Positions 9,306-18,636 of a stretch of DNA of 64,000 bases are shown piece by piece. The notes beneath the pieces were generated by a model. The model was not told the origin of the DNA and did no database searches. It worked only from the letters and a program-made list of their open reading frames with translations. Origin of the DNA: Candidatus Omnitrophota bacterium. GTDB taxonomy: Bacteria; Omnitrophota; Gorgyraeia; Tantalellales; Tantalellaceae. The stretch is from positions 50,163 to 114,162 of the forward strand of contig JAQUQS010000006.1 in assembly GCA_028715965.1 (NCBI GenBank). Reading direction: 5' to 3'. Position numbers and translations under genes: made by a program. The first letter of the stretch is position 1; each line of letters begins with the position of its first letter.

Positions 9306-10439
9306 TCAGATACGATCCTTGCCCGCAAAACGGGCTATAGCTTTTGCGGCTCTTCCTGCCGCACCCTTTTCTCCCAGGGAACGTTTTACTTCCCTAATAG
9401 CGGCCAACATAGCCTCCCTTTTACCTCGATCGTTAATGATATCAAGTAAATGGCGCGACAGTTTTTCAGGCGTGAAGTCGTTCTGGAGGAGTTCCGGTAC
9501 CACTGTTCTGCCGGCGACCACATTGACAAGGCCTATGTCGCGGACCTTAGCGAACAGTTTGAAAAGGGCATATGTAAGGAACCCGCTCTTGTATACTATT
9601 ACCATTGGTCTTTCCATCATGGCTGTCTCGAGCGTAGCTGTGCCGGAAGCCACTACGGCTATATCACAATCCGACAGGCAGGAGAACGCGTCGTCGGTGT
9701 ATTCCTTTATCCGCAGTTCTGTGCCATACGTGGAAACGATATTATTATATAGCTCCGCATTAACATTGGAACTTTTCGCCAGCAGGATATGGGGAACATC
9801 CTTATTCCCGCGTATTTTACGGCAAGCCGCGAGCATTGTGGGCAACAGATTCTCTACTTCACGCGTTCTTGAGCCAGGGAGAAGCCCGATCGTCCTGGGG
9901 GGTGTAGCCGGATCTCTGGTCAATGTCCCGTCCGGGACCATGTCTACGAGAGGATGCCCCGCATATTCGGCGAAAATGCCGTGTTTCGCCAGAAGGTCTT
10001 TTTCGAAGCGGAAGAGGGTTATCGGAAGCGACACATGATTTTTTATATATCGTACACGGTCTTCTCCCCAGGCCCAGATCTGCGGTACCACATAATATAC
10101 CACCGGTATCCCGTTCTTTTTCAGGAACCTGGCCATGCGCAGGTTGAATCCCGGATAATCTATGAGTATGGCCATAGAGGGGCGTCTCTTTATTGCTTCA
10201 GCCTTCAGGGAGGCAAATTGGCGGCGTATCTTGAACAAGCTTGTGAGGAGTTCAGAAATGCCGACAAGCGAGAACGAGCGAATGTGGGTGAATAGTTCCA
10301 TGCCTTGGGATGACAGCATGTCCCCGCCGACCCCCCAGAAAGAAGTGCCTGGAAGAAGGGGGCGGAGTTCCTTGAGAAGTTCGCTTCCGCGCATGTCTCC
10401 GGAAGGTTCTCCCGCTATTATAAGGATATTCTTGCTCAT
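9306..10439 (-). CDS. lpxB: lipid-A-disaccharide synthase
   Basis: The N-terminus (ILIIAGEPSGDMRGSELLKEL) and a GT-B fold match LpxB. The probable ATG is at 10439 (the TTG at 10448 is an extension), and the stop codon abuts the lpxI stop. Confidence 0.9.
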   Translation of the reverse strand: MSKNILIIAGEPSGDMRGSELLKELRPLLPGTSFWGVGGDMLSSQGMELFTHIRSFSLVGISELLTSLFKIRRQFASLKAEAIKRRPSMAILIDYPGFNLRMARFLKKNGIPVVYYVVPQIWAWGEDRVRYIKNHVSLPITLFRFEKDLLAKHGIFAEYAGHPLVDMVPDGTLTRDPATPPRTIGLLPGSRTREVENLLPTMLAACRKIRGNKDVPHILLAKSSNVNAELYNNIVSTYGTELRIKEYTDDAFSCLSDCDIAVVASGTATLETAMMERPMVIVYKSGFLTYALFKLFAKVRDIGLVNVVAGRTVVPELLQNDFTPEKLSRHLLDIINDRGKREAMLAAIREVKRSLGEKGAAGRAAKAIARFAGKDRI

Positions 10440-10461
10440 AATAATCAATCCGTAATAGGGA

Positions 10462-11406
10462 TCATTTCGAAGCGGGGTTATTTTTTATCTTTTCCAATAT
10501 GGCAAGGGCTACTTCCAGCGCCTGGCGGCCTTCCTGGCCGGACACAAGAGGCTTCTGGCCGTTACGGACACAATCCACAAAAGACCGCAGCTCTATCTGC
10601 AGCGCGTTCTTCTTGTGGATATTTATTTTCTCCTTGATGAGGGATGTTTCCGTTTTACGGAAAAGTATGGCATCCTGGTGCAGAAAATCCAGCAGGATAT
10701 AAGAGTCTTCCTGGAATATCCTTATCTTGCGGGTTTCTTCCTTGGTCACGCGGCTCGCGGTTATGTCGGCGATGGCGCCGCTCTGAAAGCCAAGACGTAC
10801 GTTCGCCATGTCCTCATGCCGGGAAACGGTACTTACACCGACCGCTTCAATGCTCTTGACCTTTGACCGAAGTAAACCCAGGATGATGTCTATGTCGTGT
10901 ATCATGAGGTCCAGGACCACGCCGACATCCTTTATACGTTTTTTCTTTTGTATGGACCCGAGCCTCTGGCATTCAATGAATTTCGGTTTTTTGATGAAAG
11001 GTTCTATCGAGCGAATAGCGGAATTGAAACGTTCAATATGCCCTACCTGTATGATGAGCTTTTTTTTCTTCGCGATCGCGATAAGTTCGTCCGCTTCCTC
11101 AAGGGTCTTTGTTATCGGTTTTTCTATTAGGACATGCACGCCCGCCTTGAGAAAATCCTTGGCAACTTCATAATGCCTGGTGGTAGGTACGACGATGCTG
11201 ACAGCATCCACCTTGTCCAATAGTTCCCGGTGATCTGTATAGAAGAGGGTATTATTGCGATCAGCGACCTCTTTGGCAACGCTTTTACGTATATCGCACA
11301 CACCCACAAGGGTAAGACCGCATGTCCTGCGAAGGGAAGAATACATGTTGGCGTGGATCGAGCCTAAATGGCCAGCGCCGATGACAGCTACTCGTAGTTT
11401 ATTCAT
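10462..11406 (-). CDS. Gfo/Idh/MocA family NAD(P)-dependent oxidoreductase (lpx-cluster associated)
   Basis: A Rossmann GxGxxG motif (VIGAGHLGSIH) and the EKP motif (VLIEKPI) are present. The ATG at 11406 is preceded by AAAGG, and the TTG at 11418 is an extension. Confidence 0.85.
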   Translation of the reverse strand: MNKLRVAVIGAGHLGSIHANMYSSLRRTCGLTLVGVCDIRKSVAKEVADRNNTLFYTDHRELLDKVDAVSIVVPTTRHYEVAKDFLKAGVHVLIEKPITKTLEEADELIAIAKKKKLIIQVGHIERFNSAIRSIEPFIKKPKFIECQRLGSIQKKKRIKDVGVVLDLMIHDIDIILGLLRSKVKSIEAVGVSTVSRHEDMANVRLGFQSGAIADITASRVTKEETRKIRIFQEDSYILLDFLHQDAILFRKTETSLIKEKINIHKKNALQIELRSFVDCVRNGQKPLVSGQEGRQALEVALAILEKIKNNPASK

Positions 11407-11538
11407 AAAACCTTTCAATATTGAAGTAACAAAAGACTATCGCAGATTATATCATTATTACAATAATACGGCAAGAGCGTACTCCGGAATGTGGTCGAAT
11501 GGTGTTCGCGGGGCCGGAGAACAAGAGGACATTTTTAC

Positions 11539-11566
11539 TTGACAAAAATAGTAAGGAATTATAAAA
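11539..11566 (+). promoter_or_regulatory. sigma70-like promoter upstream of the nfu/iscRSU operon (TTGACA ... TATAAA)
   Basis: A TTGACA sits at 11539-11544, and TATAAA/ATAAAA follows 15-16 nt downstream. It is about 70 nt upstream of the nfu-like start. Confidence 0.45.
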
Positions 11567-11632
11567 TGATCGTGTTTAAAAGATACTGTATCGGTTTTCT
11601 TTGCTAAAAGATCTGGTCTCAAGGAGGAGAAG

Positions 11633-11854
11633 ATGGAAGAGGCGGTAAAAAACATCATAAATGAAAAGATCAAACCAGTTCTCCAGCAAGATGGGGGGGA
11701 TATAGAGCTTTTGTCCGTTAAGGACGGCGTTGTTAAGGTGAGCCTGAGGGGGGCATGCTGTGGATGTCCGATGAGTCAGCTTACTCTGAGAGGTTTTGTG
11801 GAACAGACATTAAAAAAGGAACTACCGGAAATCAAAAAGGTAGAATCGGAATAA
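11633..11854 (+). CDS. NifU-like (Nfu-type) Fe-S cluster carrier domain protein
   Basis: The 73-aa product carries the Nfu C-terminal domain signature GGDIELL...V.L.GAC.GCPMS. Confidence 0.8.
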   Translation: MEEAVKNIINEKIKPVLQQDGGDIELLSVKDGVVKVSLRGACCGCPMSQLTLRGFVEQTLKKELPEIKKVESE

Positions 11855-11875
11855 GGCTAGTATTTAAAGGAAGTT

Positions 11876-12346
11876 ATGCTTTTGACGACAAGATCGGCAT
11901 ATGGGGTCAGGTCGCTTGTTAATCTCGCCCTGAAGTATGAAGAAAGGATGCCTGTCTCTATTAAGGAGATCTGCGAGGCGGAAGGTCTGTCTTTGGTCTA
12001 TCTGGAGCAGATATTTAACCGGCTGAAACATTGTGGTATAGTGAAAAGCAGGCGTGGCCCGCGCGGCGGGTACATGCTTGTAAGAGCACCCGAAGATATA
12101 AGCGTATATGAGGTCGTGGTGGCACTTGAAGGGGGGATCTTCCCCGGCAAATGCGTGACCGCAAAAGGGAAAAAAGCGGTTTGCGTGAATGCCGGGACCT
12201 GTCCCTCCAAGGAAGTCTGGGACGAGGTTGCCAGGAAGATAAAGGAGGCTTTGGAGGCGTATTCCTTCAGGGACCTGGCCGATAAAGCCCGCAAGATCGA
12301 TCACGGGCTGAATGAAGGCGGTGTATTATGCGGAAAGTTTATTTAG
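11876..12346 (+). CDS. iscR: Rrf2 family transcriptional regulator (IscR-like)
   Basis: A winged-helix Rrf2 N-terminus (TRSAYGVRSLVNLA..PVSIKEICEAEGLS..YLEQIF..L...GIV.S.RG..GGY.L) and three clustered Cys residues are present. The gene sits immediately upstream of iscS. Confidence 0.85.
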   Translation: MLLTTRSAYGVRSLVNLALKYEERMPVSIKEICEAEGLSLVYLEQIFNRLKHCGIVKSRRGPRGGYMLVRAPEDISVYEVVVALEGGIFPGKCVTAKGKKAVCVNAGTCPSKEVWDEVARKIKEALEAYSFRDLADKARKIDHGLNEGGVLCGKFI

Positions 12347-13491
12347 ACTCGAACGCGACAACAAAGGTCCATCCATCAGTCCTGGAGGCGATGGCGCCTT
12401 TCTGGGACGAAGTATACGGGAACGCTTCCAGCGTTCATTTATTCGGCAGGGAAGCCCGGAAAGGGGTGGAGAAAGCGAGAGAGCAAGTCGCGGCGCTCAT
12501 AAACGCGTCACCGGAAGAGATCATATTTACCTCCGGCGGGACGGAATCAGATAACTTCGCGTTAAAAGGAACGGCAAATCTGTCCAAAAATAAAGGGCGA
12601 CATATAATAACGTCTTCCGTGGAGCATCACGCGGTGCTCAATACCTGTAAATATCTTGAGGCCCATGGATCCAGGGTCACGTATCTGGGGGTCGATGAGT
12701 CCGGAGTGGTCGATATGGACGAGCTCAGGGAGAGCATATCGGCAGATACCGCCTTAATATCGATCATGGCCGCCAACAATGAGACCGGAACGATAATGCC
12801 GGTCGAGGAGATCGGGCAAATAGCGCGCGAAAAAGACATCCCTTTCCATACGGACGCCGTACAGGCGATCGGGAAGATACCTTTTGATGTGGGGGCCCTT
12901 GGAACGTCCCTTGTGTCCATATCCGGACATAAGATATACGGGCCTAAGGGAATAGGGGCTTTGTACGTAAAAAAGGGGACCAGGCTGGATAAGTGCCAAC
13001 ATGGTGGTCACCATGAGAGGAATATGCGCGCTGGTACCGAGAACGTACCCGGGATAGTGGGGCTGGGCATGGCCTGTGAGCTGGCGAGGACGGAGGGTAT
13101 CGCCGCTTATGCGGACGTGGAAAAGTTAAGGGATAAGTTCTATCATCGGCTCGAGAACGAGATCCGGCAGATAAAGTTGAACGGGCATCCATCAAAAAGG
13201 TTGCCGAATACGTTAAATGTAAGCTTTCATTATCTGGAAGGAGAATCCATCATACTGAGCCTCGACCTTGAAGGTATCGCTGCTTCTACGGGATCGGCCT
13301 GTACGTCCGGAAGCCTGGAATCCTCACATGTACTGAAAAGTATGGGAGTGGACCCTCTTTTCGCTCAAGGGTCGGTACGGTTCTCTTTCAGTGTTTTTAA
13401 TACGGAAGAAGACATAGATCATGTCATGGAAAAAATGCCGTCCATAATAAACAGGCTGAGACAGATGAGTCCTGTGTACAAGCACGAGTGA
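12328..13491 (+). CDS. iscS: cysteine desulfurase (IscS/NifS)
   Basis: Class V aminotransferase motifs (YLDSNATT, SGHKIYGPKGIGALY with the PLP lysine) and the SSGSAC.S active-site Cys loop match IscS/NifS. Confidence 0.92.
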   Translation: MRKVYLDSNATTKVHPSVLEAMAPFWDEVYGNASSVHLFGREARKGVEKAREQVAALINASPEEIIFTSGGTESDNFALKGTANLSKNKGRHIITSSVEHHAVLNTCKYLEAHGSRVTYLGVDESGVVDMDELRESISADTALISIMAANNETGTIMPVEEIGQIAREKDIPFHTDAVQAIGKIPFDVGALGTSLVSISGHKIYGPKGIGALYVKKGTRLDKCQHGGHHERNMRAGTENVPGIVGLGMACELARTEGIAAYADVEKLRDKFYHRLENEIRQIKLNGHPSKRLPNTLNVSFHYLEGESIILSLDLEGIAASTGSACTSGSLESSHVLKSMGVDPLFAQGSVRFSFSVFNTEEDIDHVMEKMPSIINRLRQMSPVYKHE

Positions 13492-13539
13492 TAAGAGGCC
13501 TTATGCAGGGTGGGCCAATTAAAAAGATATGGAGAGAAA

Positions 13540-13917
13540 ATGGAATATAATGAAAAAGTGATGGAACACTTCAAGAACCCGCATAATGTCGGGGAAATAA
13601 CCGATGCCAGCGGAAAGGGGAAAGTAGGGAACGCCAGGTGCGGGGATATAATGGAGCTTTATATCAAAGTTAACGATAAGGGCGTTATTGAAGATGCCCG
13701 GTTCAAGACTTTCGGTTGCGGCGCCGCGATAGCTTCAAGTTCGGTCTTGACGGACCTTATAAAGGGAAAGACCGTAGAAGACGCGTTAAAGGTGTCCAAC
13801 AATGATGTTGTGGCCGCTCTTGGGGGGCTTCCGTCGGTCAAGGTCCATTGCTCGGTCCTTGCGGAAGAAGCCCTGCGGAAAGCGGTAGATGACTACTACG
13901 CAAGGTCTTCTAAATGA
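13540..13917 (+). CDS. iscU: Fe-S cluster assembly scaffold IscU/NifU (N-terminal type)
   Basis: The ATG at 13540 follows GGAGAG. The product carries the GCGD.M, FKTFGCG.AIASSS and HCS motifs, and the GTG at 13510 is an extension. Confidence 0.9.
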   Translation: MEYNEKVMEHFKNPHNVGEITDASGKGKVGNARCGDIMELYIKVNDKGVIEDARFKTFGCGAAIASSSVLTDLIKGKTVEDALKVSNNDVVAALGGLPSVKVHCSVLAEEALRKAVDDYYARSSK

Positions 13918-14040
13918 ACATCTTACGCTAATATAGCCCTTTTGTGGGGGGATAGATAGAAAATACTTTGCAAAAAATAAGAAAAATGTGGAAATTTTGC
14001 CGATTATAGGTTATCCTTAAATAGTAAAAATTAGATAACA

Positions 14041-14616
14041 ATGGTAGATAACACGAATATCATTAGAGGAAAAGAAGAAATAAGAAAGGAGATGATCAGG
14101 CGTCTTAAGGGCCAGGCTCCTTCTGCAAGGGACAAAAAAAGCCTAAAGATACAGAAGGAAGTGTTAGCGAGTGAAGAGTTCAAGGGCTCTAGGACTGTCA
14201 TGGCATATGTTTCGCTGCCTTCGGAAGTTGGAACGGATCAGTTCATCCAAGAGGCAATGGAACGGGGAAAAAGGATAGTGGTCCCGTATATCGGACCCGA
14301 CGATCAACGAATAATAGCTTCTGAATTGACATCTGTGGAAGAACTGGAAAAAGGCCCTTTTGGCATATCGCAGCCGGGGCAAGGCCGCTTCAAAGCTATA
14401 CCTTTAAAGGAGATAGATCTAATTGTGGTACCGGCAATAGCTTATGACAAAAAGAATATGAGGCTCGGAAGAGGTAAGGGATACTATGATAGGTTCCTTG
14501 CTGAGGAGGGCCTTTCTTCTGCCAATACCATTGGAGTTGCCTTTAATTTCCAGATAGTTGATGAAATTCCTTCAGACCCGCATGACAGACCTGTTCAAAG
14601 GGTAATAACGGATTGA
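14041..14616 (+). CDS. 5-formyltetrahydrofolate cyclo-ligase
   Basis: The MTHFS motifs MAYVSLPSEV and G.G.GYYDR are present in a 191-aa product. Confidence 0.85.
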   Translation: MVDNTNIIRGKEEIRKEMIRRLKGQAPSARDKKSLKIQKEVLASEEFKGSRTVMAYVSLPSEVGTDQFIQEAMERGKRIVVPYIGPDDQRIIASELTSVEELEKGPFGISQPGQGRFKAIPLKEIDLIVVPAIAYDKKNMRLGRGKGYYDRFLAEEGLSSANTIGVAFNFQIVDEIPSDPHDRPVQRVITD

Positions 14617-14743
14617 CCTGTCCAAGATCTCTTTAGTCGTGAAAAGAGCTGATAACAGCTTTTTCCCTTAAAATTAAGGGGAAAAGTCCTGAGAAGTACT
14701 TATCACCCGCCCCAAGGACACCTTTAAAAAAGGGAGGATATAT

Positions 14744-16321
14744 ATGACTATTGCAAGCGGATTAACAGTGTTCCATCTGGGTTTTGCCGTCCTGGGGTGT
14801 GCGTTCTTTTTTTATCTTGGTTATATATTGCGCAAATATACGGCCAAGATGAAAATAAAACGGGCTGAAGACAAAGCGAAGACCATAATAAACGAATCTA
14901 AGGTAGAAGCGGAAAGGCGTAAACGGGAATCGGTCCTGGAAGCAAAGGATCTTTCTCTGAAGATGAGGATGGAGTTCGAGGCCGAAACAAGGGAAAGGCG
15001 TAAAGAGCTCCTCAACATGGAAAAAAGGCTCATGCAAAAGGAGGAGAACGTAGACCGAAAGGTCGAGTTCATCGAAAAAAAGGCCGAGGAGCTAAAATCT
15101 AAAGAAGACCTTCTTGAACAGAAATATCGGGATGCCGACGCCAAGAAAGAGGAACTCAACGGTACCTTGCAGGCACAGAAAGAGAAGCTCGAGGAGATAT
15201 CCGGGATGAGCCGGGATCAGGCGAAGACCCTTCTCATGAAGAAAATGGAAGATGAAGCTCGCCAGGAAGCGGCGTACACGATCAAGAACATACAGGACGA
15301 GACCAGGGATAAAGCTGACCGGGAAGCGCGGAAGATAGTAGGCCTGGCTATACAAAAATGCGCGGTTGACCACACGGTTGATACTACCGTAAGCGTAGTG
15401 CCTCTTCCGTCCGAGGAGATGAAGGGAAGGATAATCGGTCGAGAAGGAAGGAACATCAGGGCTCTAGAAATGGCTACTGGAGTGGATGTGATAATCGACG
15501 ACACCCCGGAGGCTGTCATCATATCCGGATTCGATAAATTCAGGAGAGAGATAGCCAGGATATCTCTGGAGAGGCTTATAGAGGACGGAAGGATACATCC
15601 GGGTCGTATCGAAGAGGTCGTGGAAAAGGTAAAGAAAGAGATGGAAGCCACGATAAAGGAAGAAGGCGAAGCGACGTTGCTGGACCTGGGGATACACGGG
15701 GTGCATTCCGAACTGGTCAGGCTCTTGGGCCGGCTCAAGTTCCGGACAAGTTACGGCCAGAACGTTCTACAGCATTCCAAGGAAGCGGCGTACCTGATGG
15801 CAACTATGGCCGGGGAGCTGCGGTTGGACGTGAACCTGGCTAAACGTATCGGCGCGTTGCACGACATAGGTAAGGCTGTTTCGCATGAAATGGAAGGGTC
15901 GCACGCTACTTTGGGAGCGGACCTGGCGAAAAAATTCGGAGAGCCGGAAATAGTGGTACACGCTATAGCGGCACATCATGGCGATGTCGAACCGAAAACG
16001 CTGCTTGCTGTGCTGGCGCAGGCCGCTGATGCCATAAGCGCCGGACGTCCGGGAGCCCGCAGGGAGTCGCTTGAGCATTACATAAAAAGACTGGAAGACC
16101 TGGAGGCGATAGCGAACGAGTTCGAGGGTGTGGACAAGACATACGCCATACAGGCCGGCAGGGAGATAAGGGTAATAGTCCAGCCGGAAAAAATAGATGA
16201 TGCGCGCAACGCCGTTATGGCCCTTGAAATGAAAAAGAAGATAGAAAGCACCCTCCAATACCCCGGCCAGATAAAAGTGGTGGTAATACGCGAGGTGCGT
16301 TCTATCGAGTACGCCAAATAA
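14744..16321 (+). CDS. rny: ribonuclease Y
   Basis: The product has an N-terminal TM helix, a coiled-coil region, a KH domain (IGREGRNIRALE) and an HD domain (H..E.A.L..HDIGK). Confidence 0.92.
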   Translation: MTIASGLTVFHLGFAVLGCAFFFYLGYILRKYTAKMKIKRAEDKAKTIINESKVEAERRKRESVLEAKDLSLKMRMEFEAETRERRKELLNMEKRLMQKEENVDRKVEFIEKKAEELKSKEDLLEQKYRDADAKKEELNGTLQAQKEKLEEISGMSRDQAKTLLMKKMEDEARQEAAYTIKNIQDETRDKADREARKIVGLAIQKCAVDHTVDTTVSVVPLPSEEMKGRIIGREGRNIRALEMATGVDVIIDDTPEAVIISGFDKFRREIARISLERLIEDGRIHPGRIEEVVEKVKKEMEATIKEEGEATLLDLGIHGVHSELVRLLGRLKFRTSYGQNVLQHSKEAAYLMATMAGELRLDVNLAKRIGALHDIGKAVSHEMEGSHATLGADLAKKFGEPEIVVHAIAAHHGDVEPKTLLAVLAQAADAISAGRPGARRESLEHYIKRLEDLEAIANEFEGVDKTYAIQAGREIRVIVQPEKIDDARNAVMALEMKKKIESTLQYPGQIKVVVIREVRSIEYAK

Positions 16322-16334
16322 GGGAAAAGGCGAT

Positions 16335-17129
16335 ATGAGGATACTTTTCATCGGGGATATCGTAGGTAAGCCCGGACGTGATGTGGTAAGGGATAAGCTG
16401 GAGTACGTAAGGCAGCGGGAAGGCATAGACCTCGTTATCGCCAACGGGGAGAATGCCGCAGCTGGCAGCGGGCTTACGCCCTCTATAACGAACGAGCTTT
16501 TTTCGAATGGCGTGGATATTGTTACTTCCGGCGACCATATCTGGAAAAGAAGAGAGATATATGATGTCCTGGAAAAGGACAAAAGGATCCTCAGACCGCT
16601 CAATTATCCGGAAGGAGCTCCCGGCCGGGGAGCGGTCACGATAGACACCAGGACCATGGGCAAAATAGGTATCGTCAACATCGTGGGAAGGGTGTTCATG
16701 GACGCGGTGGAATGTCCGTTCAGGAAAGTAAAACACGCGGTGGAGAAGATTAGGAAAGAGACACACGTGATCATCGTGGATATGCATGCCGAAGCGACCA
16801 GTGAAAAGGTGGCGATGGGGTGGTATCTGGACGGGTTGGTGACCGCCGTGGTGGGTACACACACGCATATACAGACCGCGGACGAAAAAATATTACCAGG
16901 TGGCACGGCCTATATAACGGATTGTGGTATGACCGGGCCATATGATTCGGTCATAGGGCGGGTAAAGGAGAACGTTATAGAAAGGTTCGTATCACAGCTC
17001 CCGACAAGGTTCGACGTGGCGGACAAAGGAGTGGAAATGCATGGTGTGATCATAGATATGGACGCCGTGACAGGTAAGGCCACAGCCATAAAACGTATAC
17101 AGGAAAAGGGCGCGAACCTGACTATATGA
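16335..17129 (+). CDS. ymdB: YmdB-like metallophosphoesterase (TIGR00282 family)
   Basis: MRILFIGDIVGKPGR .. ANGEN.A.G.G.T matches this family. The gene is immediately downstream of rny, as in many genomes. Confidence 0.85.
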   Translation: MRILFIGDIVGKPGRDVVRDKLEYVRQREGIDLVIANGENAAAGSGLTPSITNELFSNGVDIVTSGDHIWKRREIYDVLEKDKRILRPLNYPEGAPGRGAVTIDTRTMGKIGIVNIVGRVFMDAVECPFRKVKHAVEKIRKETHVIIVDMHAEATSEKVAMGWYLDGLVTAVVGTHTHIQTADEKILPGGTAYITDCGMTGPYDSVIGRVKENVIERFVSQLPTRFDVADKGVEMHGVIIDMDAVTGKATAIKRIQEKGANLTI

Positions 17130-18388
17130 TCGGGTCAGGCAGTACGATGAATATGGGCGATACGCACATTTATACGGTAACAGAACTCACCCGGGACATA
17201 AGGGCGATCCTGGAGAATACGTTCAGGGCCGTGTGGGTCATGGGAGAGATCTCGAATTTTTCCGTATCCAGCGCGGGGCATACGTACTTCAGCGTAAAGG
17301 ACGAGAACAGCCTGATCAATTCCGTGATGTTCAAGGGCGGAGCGCAGAAACTTCGCTTCACGCCTAAAGACGGCACACAAGTGATCTGCTCCGGCCGGGT
17401 CAGTGTTTATGATAAGAGGGGCCAGTATCAGCTCTATGTGGAGACAATGGAGCCACAAGGGATCGGCGCTCTCCAGAAGGCGTTCGAGGAGCTGAAGAAA
17501 AAACTCAATGAAGAAGGCCTGTTCGAAGAGTCCCGGAAGCGGAAAATACCAGTATTGCCTTTGCATATAGGAATGATCACTTCTCTTACGGGAGCCGCAC
17601 TGAAGGACATGCTTAACGTGGCTTCGCGGCGTTTCGGAGGTATCAGGATAACAATACGTCCGGTCCTGGTGCAGGGTGATAAGGCAAAAGAAGATATCGT
17701 TTCAGCCATATCCGAACTCAACGGATACAACGACGTGTTAGAAAAAAGCGGGGAAGCCCCGATAGATGTCCTCATCCTAGCCAGGGGGGGAGGGAGCCTG
17801 GAGGATCTTTGGGCTTTCAACGAAGAATGTGTGGCAAGAGCGATATGCGCGTCCGATATCCCGGTAGTGAGCGGGGTCGGGCATGAGGTTGATTATACTA
17901 TAGCGGATTTCGTGGCCGATATGAGAGCCCCGACACCTTCGGCGGCGGCGGAACTCGTAGTGCCGATGAAACAGGAGCTTATGGATCTCCTGGAGGGGGC
18001 GGAGGAACGGATAACTTCCGCGATCAAAAGGAATGTGATGTTCTACCAGCGTTCCCTGGACGCTTTAAAGGATAGTTACATCTTGCGGTCACCGGTCAAT
18101 GTCCTGTCCCAATCAAGCCAGCTGGTGGATGACCTCCTGAAGAGGACGCATGCCGGCTTGAGATATCGCGTAGAGGTCGGGAACAAAGAACTTGGAACGC
18201 TGTCCGGCAGGCTTAATGCTCTCAGTCCCCTGGCGGTCATGGGCCGCGGGTTCTCGATCGTTTATAAGGGTGGGCAGATACAGAGGTCCGTAAAGGGAAT
18301 AAGAGTGGGAGACGATATTGAGACGCTTTTGGCTGATGGGTATGTGAACAGCAAGGTTACCGGGATAGAGCGGAGGAGCAAGACATGA
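17126..18388 (+). CDS. xseA: exodeoxyribonuclease VII large subunit
   Basis: The product has an N-terminal OB-fold (VTELTRDI..LE..F..VWV.GEISNF..S.GH.YF.LKD) and a catalytic core (ARGGGS.EDLW.FN). Its start overlaps the ymdB stop (ATGA). Confidence 0.9.
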   Translation: MIGSGSTMNMGDTHIYTVTELTRDIRAILENTFRAVWVMGEISNFSVSSAGHTYFSVKDENSLINSVMFKGGAQKLRFTPKDGTQVICSGRVSVYDKRGQYQLYVETMEPQGIGALQKAFEELKKKLNEEGLFEESRKRKIPVLPLHIGMITSLTGAALKDMLNVASRRFGGIRITIRPVLVQGDKAKEDIVSAISELNGYNDVLEKSGEAPIDVLILARGGGSLEDLWAFNEECVARAICASDIPVVSGVGHEVDYTIADFVADMRAPTPSAAAELVVPMKQELMDLLEGAEERITSAIKRNVMFYQRSLDALKDSYILRSPVNVLSQSSQLVDDLLKRTHAGLRYRVEVGNKELGTLSGRLNALSPLAVMGRGFSIVYKGGQIQRSVKGIRVGDDIETLLADGYVNSKVTGIERRSKT

Positions 18389-18615
18389 AGGACCTGTCTT
18401 TTGAGAGGGCCATAAAAAAGCTCGAAAAAGTAGTAGAAAGCCTTGAAACCGGGGAGCTGGGGCTGGAGGAGGCTCTCAAGCAATATGAAGAAGGAGTGAA
18501 GCTGGCGCGGGTCTGCCAGGAAAAACTCGATAATGCCAAGGGGAAAATAGAAGTGCTCGCGGGAGACAAGGGCATGACACCGGCAAGGAAGCCATATAAA
18601 CAACCCGAAGAGTGA
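18385..18615 (+). CDS. xseB: exodeoxyribonuclease VII small subunit
   Basis: The 76-aa helical product contains FE.A...LE.IV..LE.G.L.LEE.L..YE.G. Its start overlaps the xseA stop. Confidence 0.88.
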   Translation: MKDLSFERAIKKLEKVVESLETGELGLEEALKQYEEGVKLARVCQEKLDNAKGKIEVLAGDKGMTPARKPYKQPEE

Positions 18616-18636
18616 TCTTTATTCGGAAAGGTAATT

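Noticed and set aside
9319-10038. 239-aa plus-strand ORF inside lpxB (with 9450-9752, 9954-10295 and 10162-10455)
   Set aside because: It lies antisense to lpxB, which has a clear GT-B LpxB signature. There is no RBS and the composition is biased.
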